Shown here one piece after another: positions 12,184-23,733 of a stretch of 64,000 nt of DNA (the stretch's first letter is position 1; every line of letters starts with the position of its first letter). A program made the position numbers and the translations under genes. The stretch lies in contig NW_020844730.1 in the NCBI RefSeq assembly GCF_003704095.1, forward strand, positions 62,001 through 126,000, in the 5' to 3' direction. The notes under the pieces were generated by a model. It had not been told where the DNA came from. It ran no database searches and saw nothing but the letters and a program-made list of their open reading frames with translations. The DNA comes from Pocillopora damicornis (taxonomy: Eukaryota).

Positions 12184-14718
12184 CACAACAGGTCGAGATT
12201 CGACATTGGAAAAATTGTTCTTGAAAATTTAACTTGCTATTGATACGAAAATGCTGTCATAAAAATTATTATCCATTGAAGTATTGTCCTGCCCATAAAA
12301 AACGAAATTCAGTATTTTGATTAATTCGTACCTTTTAATGATAGGAAGTTGTAGGGATGGAAGTAATTCGCTTACATCTTTTTTCTATGTTTCTGATCTC
12401 TTAAAAGGAAACTGCCTGACTTCTTACGTTCATGTAATCTTAATTACTAAAATTCTCTTAAATCACCACAAAATATTGGCGCGACGTGCATCCGTGCTCT
12501 TCGAGAATCGGAACTTTAGCAATTCTACAAGAAGCACTTACATTCTGATCAGCAGATTGTAAGATGTTATGGTATGCATCTGCAGTAAAATGTTATAACA
12601 TGCATTTGCAGTGTTCTTCTCACGCGTTCGCAAGGTCAATTTTCGTGGAATGCTTCAGGGTAATCATTACACAAAATTCATACATTCCACAATTTCGTGT
12701 GCATTGAATTGTATAACTTTGACTCGACAATCCTTAGTCAGTATCCAATATTGCAGTAACGTGGTCCGACCATGGCAACGAGTAACCTAAATTTACCTAC
12801 AGGTCCTTCAGGAAAAGCCTCTCACAATTAAATATTTTATGGATATTTCGCAAATATTGTTGAAAACAAAAGATGGTGACCTATATAATTAATGAATAAT
12901 CCAACGAAACCCAGTTTTAAGCCAACTTATTGTTTAAAGTATTTTTTTTTATCAAGAACTACTGGCACATCAGCTTTCCTGGACGCCATTCCCGCCAAAG
13001 CTTTTCCCTGTCAGTTCCAGAAGTTCTAATCACTGGTCGACCCGAAGGCCAGTCTTTTAACCTGTCGGATAGTTCTTTCATGGCCAACATTGAAAATGGT
13101 CGGTTTGTATTTCTTGTGGGAAACTTTCTTCTTCTTGCGTGATCATGTTGAAAAGAAAATGCTCGCTGGTAGTGACATATGTTTTGCTCTTGACTCAAAA
13201 GGCAGCCCATGACAAGGCAATGATGATCAATAGAAAGATAAAAACTTGTCTCTTTACTCTTGGAGAGAAAACCAAGTTTCACTGAAAAAAAGAAATGCAT
13301 TTTAAACACCTAATAAGCCAAATAAACTGGGAAGATTTTAAATTTGCGATAAAAATGTCGTTAAAAGAGTGTGTCGCTGAAAACACAGGAGACAGTGGAA
13401 AGCAGTCTTCGTGCAGATTTTAATTAACCTCATTGCTTCCAAAATCACGATCGCATGGACGAGAGAAAGCCCTACCTGAAAAGTGATATATAAAATCATA
13501 TACAGATGTCCAGTAATTCAAGCTTCAACCCGTTTTTGTGTCAGCATTGCCCATCAGTGAAAACTGAATCTAACCTCAACTGTTCGTGTCCGGAGCTAAG
13601 ATTGAACGCTACTTGATGGAAAAGAATAGTTGTATTGTAGATATTAAGATGGCTTACGCAACTCAGTTATTTAGTATTGTTCCTACCTTCTTAAGAGATA
13701 AAACGGAACTGCGCATCAATATCAGCCGGACGTCCTCACAGACAAAGCAGACAAAGTTACGCAATCAAGGAATACAGTGAATGGCAACGATTCGACATAA
13801 TCACAGCTTTCATTATCCGCTTCGATTGGATTTAAAAGTATGAGGTAATTGTCTTCTATGCGATTAAATAATGCTGAAAATTGTGCATTTAAAATATAAC
13901 CCTTTTCGGTAAGTTAAGAAATCGTTCAAAAGAAGTGTATTGAAATGTGAGCCGGTCTAATGTCATAAGAAATACAGCAACGTTTCGTGTATGCCCTTTA
14001 GATTTCCTTAAAAAGTAGCTAATGTTATGATGAAGTCAAAAGGGTGTGATTAAGAGATATAATATTTTAAAGTAAATTCCAAAGACTTCTTGAATGGCGA
14101 GGTCGTCATGCGGCATGACGTCAATTTGTAATGCTTAGGACCCGAATTGTCCCCAGAGAACGCACTACCATACAAAAAAGTAGCTATTATACAAAAGTAA
14201 TTAAGTTCGTTTTGGTATGGAAAAAACGACCACAGGTTGAAAATTAGCTATATTGTAGTGGTATATCGTCATTTAGAAATCGAATGCACATCAACAAAAT
14301 GGGTGACTACTTACTGGAGCAAACAAACTTTCATAGGTAAACTAATGAACTCTCTATTAAACAGATAACTCACTGGTGTTTTTATGATATTTCAATTGTA
14401 TGACATACTTTTTTTTTTCACTGATTGTAGTTATAATTTTTTCAAAAATAGAGAAGGTTTACTTTCCCCTGGATAAACAAGGGTCCTATCACACATCTAC
14501 ATTCCTTTAATCTCCAACTCTCTACTACAGCATTACTTCTGTAGCCAAGGTCATCACCAGGGAGAAATCCAACTACACGTTACTTATTTACAGGTTTTAT
14601 CTCTACCTTCGTTAAAAGATTATCGATTAAGTACCGAAGGTATCGATACAACGTTGAGAAAAAGATTAAAATACTTTGATCAAACTTGAACAATGAAAGG
14701 GTCCATTTTTATACAAAC

Positions 14719-14751
14719 CATCGATCACATGGCTCATCGATCACATGGCTC
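14719..14751. repeat. Perfect 16-bp tandem duplication (CATCGATCACATGGCT x2)
   Basis: Read directly from the sequence. Confidence 0.9.
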
Positions 14752-14784
14752 AGTCTTGATGTTCTCATTTAAACTGCGCTATAA

Positions 14785-15209
14785 GAGAGGGGCATTGAGA
14801 TTTTGGCTATTTTTAGATCGGTTTTTCAGTTTTTGTACTAGAAAACTTCGGGTTTTCGGTTTTGGTGTTCATTACGGTTTGTAGATTTTCCGTTTTTGAG
14901 CATTTTGTTTTCGATTTTCTTCAAAAATACTAATGAATTATCGGATTTGGTATTCGATGTCGTTTTCGGTTTTCCTTATTTGGGTTCCGGTTCCTCTTCT
15001 ACCGGAGCGGCAATTACGCGCCTCCTCTGATTTCGGATAGCCGCGAAACCTCTGTATGCTGCATCGGATCGATTAGGGTTCTGATAACTGGGATCCAAAA
15101 TTTTTCACGTTTATGCATGCGGTTTTCGGTTTTGATCGAGTTATTTTTGCGGTTTCTGATGATTTTTTTCTACTGTTTTGCGGTTTCTAATAGACCTCAA
15201 TGCCCCCTC
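14785..15209. mobile_element. MITE, PIF/Harbinger (Tourist)-like
   Basis: Terminal inverted repeats GAGAGGGGCATTGAG ... CTCAATGCCCCCTC flanked by TAA / TTA; internal CGGTTTT repeats; no ORF of note. Confidence 0.75.
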
Positions 15210-15413
15210 TTACCACAACAAAAACAATCAGACTCCACTCTCCCTCTTTTATTGATTCAGCTATATGAATTATTCAACGGTTCAGTCTTAAAGCGTGTAT
15301 TTTGCTTCTTGCTAATCGTCAACTTGAGCAAAAAAATTATAATCGATGGCAGCAGCAGCAATCATATTCAGCTTCTTAATGCACTGGTGCCGTGAGATAT
15401 TACATAGTTAACC

Positions 15414-17312
15414 TTACGTAGTTTGTAACTGTTTGTCTTCTTTCCTAACTAGTGACATACAAATTGGCACCAAAGGAGAACTGTAGGAAGGCAAAACCAT
15501 TTTCTTTACTTGTAGCGATCCTTTAGTTTGCTCTTTGGAAGGAATGTAAACGACTCCTCTTTGACTGTAATCGAATACCTCATCCTCACTGTTGCTGGAA
15601 TAATCATCTTCATCGGCGAGAAAGAAGATGGTGTCAGCTTCTGAAGGAAGACTCTCTTGTTCCCCAGAGGGCTGGATCATCATAAATAACAAACACGTCA
15701 GTATACTAACGAGTCCCAGGATTCGGAAGGCCACATTAGTATCAAAACCCTGGATTAATATCCCCCCGAATATTCCTCCAATGCTTCCCCCCACCCCTAA
15801 ATACAACCCCTGAAGAAGAAATAAACCTGTTGGAAAGGTCGATGTTGGAGTGTAGTTCGTGATGTACAAGAGGAATGCTGACCAGGCCGTAGAATTGGAG
15901 ATTCCCTGCAGAAGCTCAACCGGTGGGGTAACCCACGAGGAGCGAGGGGTGCTAAGCCAAGAGTAAATCAAGAATCGTAGAGCATAGGATGAAAGACCAA
16001 GATACACCATACCGATATATCCCATGTAGGTCATAACAATCGGCGCGGACAGAGTCATGATCGCATCCGAAAAATACTGACTGACAACCGTGAAGCCCAC
16101 AACGAGATCCGAGCCTCCAATATCCACTATATTCCAGTAAACAAAGTTAAAGAGAACCCCTCGGAGCATTCCCATGATCAAAACGATGAAAACAAAGGTG
16201 ATGTGTTCTGATGACACCAGCAGCCGCAGTGACTCTTGGATTTCAAAGCCGCGACGGCACCTTCTGTAGGAGAAATCAAATTTGAGCGAAATTGCTATGG
16301 CAACCGCCATAAGTAGAGAAAAGATGATGAAGGCTATCTGGTAATTTGCATATTCAACGTCACAAATTGTTATTTTAGGGGCAAAATGAAGCAATAAACC
16401 TGTGATCAAAGCTACAAGTCCAATACCAACCGAACTATAGATATTGTTGTTGGCTACGTTTTGGTAGAGCACACCTAAATGCTCCAAGAATGTCCCATCA
16501 AAATGAGTGTTAAGATCATCCGTAGGCGATTGAAGTATTTCTCCTACAAACACGATAAAAAGCATCTCGTTGAATATTATACTGGAGTACGGGTTCTTTC
16601 TCCTGTTGTAATATGGTACTCCTCGAGATTTAAAGTCATACGGTTTTCGCTGACCGTTTCCGCCTTTACTATCAGTGCTAGCCTCAAATTTTAGTCCCGA
16701 CATTTCCAAACTATTAAAAAATTGCCTTTTCAAAGAATAAAATCGTGAATGATGCGATGTTTCTTTTCCCTCTACATCATTTTTGATATTTCCTTTGGGA
16801 GCCTTTCCAGTTGCACCGTATTTTTGAGAGTAGCGAGTATTTTTCTTCTCATAAGCTGTATGTTGTTCTTTCGCGAGCGAAATACTGACTGGTAGATCGA
16901 ATTCCCTTTTTTCCTGACCGGGCAGGAAATCTTCATGTTTCGAGCTGAGTTGAGCGGTGTAATTTCCTTGATTAAAGCAAGGCTTGTTGGCTGACGAATG
17001 AGAAACAAACATCAGCGGGATGGTGAACACAATCCAACTCACAAGCGAAGTGACTAGTACAAGTTTTCTCATTTTATACCTATTAGACACAAAGCTCCAC
17101 ATTGGAGCACAAAGTAAGGCAATGAGGGGACGAATTCCTCCCAGGATTCCTATCTGCCAAGGGTCCATTCCAACAGCTCGATAGTACAAGTTCAGGAAAG
17201 GAAAAAGAGACCCTAAGGAGCCAAAAAAGATGTAGTAATAAGTAGTCGGGAGCCATGTTGTGAGTTGCACCTTGTTTACTTTCCAATGTCCGCCTTTCAG
17301 AATCCTTCCCAT
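15414..17312 (-). CDS. MFSD6-like major facilitator superfamily transporter (copy A), uninterrupted CDS, 632 aa
   Basis: YYYIFFGSLGSLFPFLNLYYRAVGMDPWQIGILGGIRP start, long loop after TM3, YALRFLIYSWL..W..PVELLQG, LLQGLYLGVGGSIGGIFGGILI; about 12 hydrophobic segments. In-frame stop upstream of ATG 17312. Confidence 0.9.
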   Translation of the reverse strand: MGRILKGGHWKVNKVQLTTWLPTTYYYIFFGSLGSLFPFLNLYYRAVGMDPWQIGILGGIRPLIALLCAPMWSFVSNRYKMRKLVLVTSLVSWIVFTIPLMFVSHSSANKPCFNQGNYTAQLSSKHEDFLPGQEKREFDLPVSISLAKEQHTAYEKKNTRYSQKYGATGKAPKGNIKNDVEGKETSHHSRFYSLKRQFFNSLEMSGLKFEASTDSKGGNGQRKPYDFKSRGVPYYNRRKNPYSSIIFNEMLFIVFVGEILQSPTDDLNTHFDGTFLEHLGVLYQNVANNNIYSSVGIGLVALITGLLLHFAPKITICDVEYANYQIAFIIFSLLMAVAIAISLKFDFSYRRCRRGFEIQESLRLLVSSEHITFVFIVLIMGMLRGVLFNFVYWNIVDIGGSDLVVGFTVVSQYFSDAIMTLSAPIVMTYMGYIGMVYLGLSSYALRFLIYSWLSTPRSSWVTPPVELLQGISNSTAWSAFLLYITNYTPTSTFPTGLFLLQGLYLGVGGSIGGIFGGILIQGFDTNVAFRILGLVSILTCLLFMMIQPSGEQESLPSEADTIFFLADEDDYSSNSEDEVFDYSQRGVVYIPSKEQTKGSLQVKKMVLPSYSSPLVPICMSLVRKEDKQLQTT

Positions 17313-18680
17313 AGTAAATAAATGCGAAGGAAAATTTACTTCTGCGATGAAATAGAAAACGTCATTTCAGAATCTTTTGAAAGCAGATCCTCAATATTCT
17401 CTTGGTGGATTTTCAAGTTGTCCTTGATTAGTGATCTGTCTGTTAAGATGTCCCGTTTCCCTCAGTTTTGGAGCGATTGGATTTCGCTTCCTAGGTGTAA
17501 AATGTAGCCCTGAAGAATGGCAATGACTGAATGAGTAATCCAATATTTCTTTTCCAGCGGTATCTATAGCATGGTTCCCTTAGATGTACCACCTAGTTTG
17601 GATATTATCAAAAATCATTGATCTAAGAATTATTTCGTGTTTTGCACCTACGACGATTATGCTGTAAGATCGAAATAAATTTTTTCTCGACTACTTTGGT
17701 TGCTAGGTTTCTAACTTAACGTATTGAAAGCCGAGGACATTGACAATTTCTTTTTTTTCTTTCTTGTTACATGTTTTTACCTCTTCCAGTCTAGCTTCAT
17801 GAAATTATATTCCACCCTTGAAATCTTTGGGAATTTTGATCAAACCTTTTTAAAAATCAAGATTCTTTAAAATTTATTCAAACTTGCGTTTATTGGGAAG
17901 AAAAAAGGTAAAACAGTAGCGTATTTGTAAAGAACAGCTGAACAAAGAATGGACAGAGAACAGCCCGATGAAACCCAGTCTCTCAAAATGAAAAAGAAAA
18001 TGTTTAATATTTAATTATTTCGATACTCTTAGTTAAGTACTTTGAACTATTTTATCTTCTTACATGCACGAATGAAAAACCTGAACTCATGCGCCAAAAG
18101 ATAACCGAAATTTGCAAAAGAAGAAGTGTTGGAAATCTGTATCATAAAAAGTTGAATTATGCTTACGCAGAAGTAGGTAATTTAAAAACGTTTTCCACTT
18201 CCTCCGAGCCAGGCTTTTTAACTCCAATTATAGCAAATAACCGGGACTGACGCCGCAGCAAAACGATCAAGCATTTCCAATTAACATTGTTTTTGTTACA
18301 CACAACACGGGGTCGTGAAGGAAAATTTTGGATGAAAATATTTGACCCATACATAATAAGCGAACCATTTAAATGCACATTGAGAGAGGTGGCTAAAACA
18401 GTAAAATATATCCTCCCAACATAACTCTTCTAAAGATGCTTTGATCGCTTAGCCGAAGGAGAATAAGAAGCAGGAGTCAAAAAGCTGTGGGAGTGGGAGG
18501 AGTAGAAATCAGGGGCCACTTCACTTGTTCGAATTCCTCATTTTAATTCTGAAAAATCTGAAATTTTTACCGAAAATTTAGGTTAACAGGAGGGTCACCC
18601 AAAACTTTGGAAATAAGCACCTCGCAGGATAGTGCAGGACAGGCTGAGTCACCATATAAAAGTTTACAAATCGTACGTGG

Positions 18681-19255
18681 ATCACGTGACCTTATCTTAA
18701 AGGAAAAATGCATTCCAGCTTACTCATGTTATGACGCACTTTTGTTAAAGCAGGTACATTTTATGCTCCAGTCGTTACGGAGGAGTTCGCTAACTGTGGC
18801 ATTTTGCCTAAAATTTTATCTTTACACCTGCAAAGACATTTTTAAATTCTAAAGGGGCCATGTCAAGTTTTTTCCCAACTTGTCGATACTGGTAACATTC
18901 TTAGGAGTCTAAAACGGTTGTACTTCTTCACTCATTTCAAAATTAAATTATCATGATAATTAAGGCAATTCTACGCAAGTCCTAGGCAAACATTCTACAG
19001 AAAACGTGAGATGAACGCCGTTTTGTTTGCTATCGGTGCAAAGAGAGCCGTGATGGATTGTTAATATTTTTTTTTCCTTTCTAATCTCTATACAGGCTGA
19101 CTCAAGCATGAGAGCTCGCTTCCAAAGGCTTCATGACATCCAAGGCTTGATCACATCCCTGTCAATTACGCACTGTGTCACGCGTCACGCGTCACGTTCC
19201 AAAATGTATCATAACGTCATAGTTTCCAGTCTATATTTGGAGTTGGTCACGTGAC
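18681..19255. promoter_or_regulatory. Divergent promoter region with CLEAR/E-box motifs
   Basis: GTCACGTGAC at 19246-19255 (105 bp before the CHMP5 ATG), ATCACGTGAC at 18681-18690, GTCACGC tandem at 19177-19196; CpG-rich. Confidence 0.6.
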
Positions 19256-19359
19256 GCAACAGTTCGTAAACTTTCCAAGCTGACGGAAATCGTGAAAATA
19301 GTGGTGTTTGCATTGTGGTTTTCGTCAAGAAGAGCTCAAAGCGTACATTTTTTTGCAAG

Positions 19360-22300
19360 ATGAATAGGCTTTTCGGGCGAGGGAAACCAAAAGCACCACC
19401 ACCGAATCTCACCGATGCTATCGCTAACGTAAGATTGAGATCTGTTCGAAAATCGAATTCAACATGTCTGCTAGAGCCATGTAGATCTCGATGAAATATT
19501 GTGTTTGTTACGTATCTAGGTCGACAGTCGAGGAGAATCCATAGAGAAAAAAATTAGTAAACTTGATGCTGAACTTATGAAGTACAAAGATCAAATGAAG
19601 AAAATGAGGGATGGACCATCTAAGGTATGTTTGGAAATTGGCTCATTGGCTCAGGCTTAGTCTGTCTGTATCAGTTAATTTTGACGGTTGTTGAAGTCTA
19701 ATCTAACTGTTTAAAACGACTTTATTGAGATAAAATTATATGCTATGTAAAAAAGATATCTAAAATTTACCCTCATACTTATTCCTTGTTGGTGAACACC
19801 CATAAATACAAATGTTACAGTCATACCTGCTCTTCTTGATTAAACTTGTACTAAAGTTCCAAGGAATTTCGAATGTCTCACTGTTGCTTTGAACTGCAAG
19901 TGAAGTGGTTTGGCATGTATGTTTGCCTCTGTCTCAGTTCTTTCAAAAAGCATTTTCACATTTTACACTGTCATTAAAATGGGAAGAGAAGTCATCATGG
20001 CATGGAAAATTTGAGATTTTACCCATTTGAATCTAAACTAGGGAAGTTTTGAAAGTGACAAAACAACCCATGCAGGGTCTGTCTGAGGGACTGGGNNNNN
20101 NNNNNNNNNNNNNNNNNNNNNNNNNNNNNNNNNNNNNNNNNNNNNNNNNNNATTATCACTCTCCATGTGTCTTTGTTTAAGTAAAGGTCTAGCTTGAAAG
20201 AAGCTCACATAACACCCAGACAAGCTGTATTACATGGTCTGTGTACCAAATGTTTTATTTTCAATTCTTGTACCCTCCTTGTTCCATTTGTTTAATTTTG
20301 AAATCTACCAACTTTTTAAAGAGATTCTAATTTATACAAACATGCACACACACATATATATTTATGCTTAGTACAGAATTGCTCCTAATGTTTGGCCTTC
20401 TCACTTTATGTCATACAAACACAGTGTAGTATTTATTTCACAACCTTTACTCAACTTGTTCAACTTTGAATGGTTATTGATTACAGAATATGATCAAGCA
20501 AAGAGCACTCAGAGTACTGAAACAGAAGAAACAGTAAGTTTACTTGATTATAGATATTGACACTGTACCAGTGGAAAAGCTGGGAATAAAGACCATAGTA
20601 AAATTCTAAATTATGAACCTTTTTACTAAAAGAGTCAGTTATATCCAGGAGTAAATCTTCAAACCCTCTTCCAAAGTTTGTCTCTAACTGGTTTGTTGTC
20701 CTGAATATTATGTTCATGGCTTCAAGTAAGTGTATACACATTCTAGCTTTCATTAGAGGTAAATGTTTCTCTCTCATGATGCATAGAAGAGATGGGTAAT
20801 TTTGACTGATGAAGCAATGAAATATGTTTAACTACAAAGGGCATCAAGTTCCTTTCAAATAATTAAATATTCTTTTGCCCCACCAGATATGAAAGTCAAC
20901 TTGAGAATCTCCGGCAGCAGTCTTTTAACATGGAGCAAACAAATTTTGCAACACAGACATTAAAAGATACCAAAACAACTGTAAGTAATTCTGCTTGTAA
21001 ATGATGCAGGTATAGAGAAGTTTAAAGTTTGCAAATGTTTTTGTGAACTTTTAACTTCTAATTTATCTTGCTCATGATTTGTTTTAAAGCATTTTTATGG
21101 CATACAATTGTAATAATCATTGCCTGTGTTATTATCATTAGTTTTGCAATATTTTACTCTTAGGTTGATGCTATGAAGTTAGGACTTAAGGAAATGAAGA
21201 AGGAATACAAGAAAGTGGATATTGATGAAATTGAGGTATGGTGAAGTCAAAGTTTTGTGTCTTCATTGTGATACTGTTTCCCTCCTAATGGAAAGAATTG
21301 CTTTTGTTACTTTAAGATATTCTAGGCAGGAACGCTGATAATATTTCATATTTCAAGCTTGTGAGATTACTAACCTATCCATGAGTCAGTGACATATGAG
21401 GCAAACCTCTTCAGAATACATGCTGTAGTTATTACTTCTAGCTACAAAGATTTACTGAATAGTTTTTAACCTAGCCTTAAAAGAAACATTCAGAATAACG
21501 AGATTTCTAGTTCTTAGCAGTTACTCCAGCAGAGTCATCACTGATTTAACATTACAAAATTATCATACCACTATAATACCCCCTTTGAAATACACTTGAC
21601 TTTATATGAAACCTTTTTCATACTACTGTAAGAATGAAGATATGACCTCCACAAATAATATTATTTATGAAAACATTTTGGACATTTCATAACTGTTTCT
21701 CAAGGATCTTCAAGATGACATGGCAGACATGCTTGAGATTGCTAATGAAGTTCAAGACACCTTGGGAAGATCGTATGGAATGCCAGAAGACATTGATGAG
21801 GCTGACCTTGAAGCAGGTTTGCTGTATCACATATTAGCTTGTTATTTAGTCAGATGATTAATGAAAGCAATTCTGGGAGGCTTATAGACCAAGTGATACT
21901 TGTTTGTGGTGACATTTTATACAGAATTGGAAGCTCTTGGAGATGACCTGGCTCTAGATGAAGACACCTCCTACTTAGATGAAGTTCCAGCTCCATCAGA
22001 TACCTTACCAGGGGAGGGAGATCAGGAAGGAACAAAAACACAAGTACAGTTGTTTATCATGTTAAAAATGATTGTCATTGTTTTCAGCCACTCTATGTCA
22101 GTTCCACTCCTGATATAATGTTTTCAGTGGTGAAATTTGTTAATGGACTCTGACTGTTCTATTTCTTAAAAGAAAGATTTGTGCAAATTTCCAAGTTATA
22201 ACTTCCCTCTAAAAAACTTAATCCAGCAATAACTCATGGTAATGACTTGTGAAACCTCAGCTTGATAACTACTGGAAGCTGCCTGTGTATATCACATTTC

Positions 22301-22989
22301 TAAGAGCAAGCCTTCAGTGGTTTCTTACATAAGAGTCTTCTCCAGTTTTGGGTCACTGATGTTACTTTGGAATCCAAAATATTATATTATGATAAGCAAG
22401 TTTTTTATATCATGCATAGTTTTAAAAAATGAATTTTCTGCATTTATGAGGGTCAATATAACTCAGTTGATCCCTGTTGATTATGTTTCATCAGGCCTTT
22501 TACTTACATGGTACATGTCATAAACTAGAATTAATGTAACTCTTGCACTGACAAAGGGCTAATGCTTGAAACATCAGCTTTTAGTCTCTTTACAGTGTCC
22601 AATTTACAAAATCAACATGATAATACTAAATTACCCTGTTATACTCTCCCACTGATGCAGCACCACAATTTTTTTCAAAACTTACCCCCTTTATTCTTGC
22701 TTTGTTACCTATGTTACTGAGAATGGGTTTGGACAAGGGGAGTGCTCAGAACTGAATCAATACTTCAATTAAGCCTCAGGCAAATGCAAGACAGTATACA
22801 TCTTTCTCTTCCTCCCCATCCTCAGCCCACCCTCCCTTATTGATTGTAACAAATTCTGTTCTAACTTGCATGTAATTTGCCTTGTTTTGATCATCTTTTT
22901 TTTTAATGGTTTTTTTGTTCACTTCTAATCTGTTTCAGGATGGAGTACAAGTTGATGAATTTGGCCTTCCAGTTCTAGCCAAAAATTAG
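19360..22989 (+). CDS. CHMP5: Charged multivesicular body protein 5 (ESCRT-III, Vps60); 8 exons, 222 aa
   Basis: Exons 19360-19428, 19520-19624, 20487-20533, 20887-20980, 21164-21235, 21705-21816, 21925-22043, 22939-22989, all GT-AG and in frame (669 nt). Reads [42 protein letters not shown]...[29 protein letters not shown]...[11 protein letters not shown]. Confidence 0.97.
20096..20151. other. Assembly gap (56 N) in CHMP5 intron 2
   Basis: Run of N. Confidence 1.
22548..22695 (+). mobile_element. Decayed Penelope-type/retrozyme-like repeat with a hammerhead-like core in CHMP5 intron 7
   Basis: CTGACAAAGGGCTAATGCTTGAAACATCAGC resembles a CTGANGA...GAAA minimal hammerhead core; followed by ccactgatgcagcaccaca...aaacttaccccctt, which I recall as a common cnidarian repeat. 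Confidence 0.5.
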
Positions 22990-23727
22990 ATTGAAACACT
23001 GATTATTAGTATTTAACTTTAACTGGTAACTCCATTGCTATGTGAATTTGTTGAGTATCCATAGTAGCTAATTTTAAGTTCCAAGAACATTTACCATGGA
23101 ATTCTTTTCAGTGCTTAGTCTTTCATAAGCCAAGGTTGTAGCTTTATACTGGATGCCATGATCTAGGCATATTAATTCCCCAAGAATCGCCATAATGCTT
23201 CGACAGAGGCAAAAATATTGTGAGCCCATTGTAAAATATGATTTAAGAAAAATTTTTTAAGTAACTTAAGGCTTGATAAAAGTTAGGTATGGGTTACACC
23301 TTTTATGGTAAATTATTATCCATCCTACAGGAAGAATATTTTGCTCGTCAATACATGAGGAGATGTTGAATGTGTTCTGCTCACAAAAATTTGTTGGTTT
23401 TCATTGGTGCATGAACCTGTGAAGTGTAACTCTGTTTGGGTACAAATGGTTTCCTAGTTTCTTTGCTTTTCTATTGCTTTGGCTTCTTGTTTTGTTTGTT
23501 TTATTTTACTAGTGAACTTAACAGGTTCAAATACTAAGCTTGAGCCAAATTTACCGTGATATGTATTCTTAGTGTCTTGTAATATTGTAAGAAATAGGTA
23601 CAATGACACATATCTTGTACATGTTTATGTAAAGTGGTTTTTATTATAGAAAGAAGAGGAATGAACATGAATTTTGGTCAAGTGGGTTATGTCTAGTTGA
23701 GCTGAAGTTCCATGTTGCGGAAATTAG

Positions 23728-23733
23728 AATAAA
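23728..23733 (+). terminator. Candidate polyadenylation signal of CHMP5
   Basis: AATAAA about 740 nt after the stop, near the end of the CpG-poor block. Confidence 0.45.

Noticed and set aside
12959-13309. 116-aa minus-strand ORF
   Set aside because: No recognisable domain or convincing splice partners; several frames are partly open.
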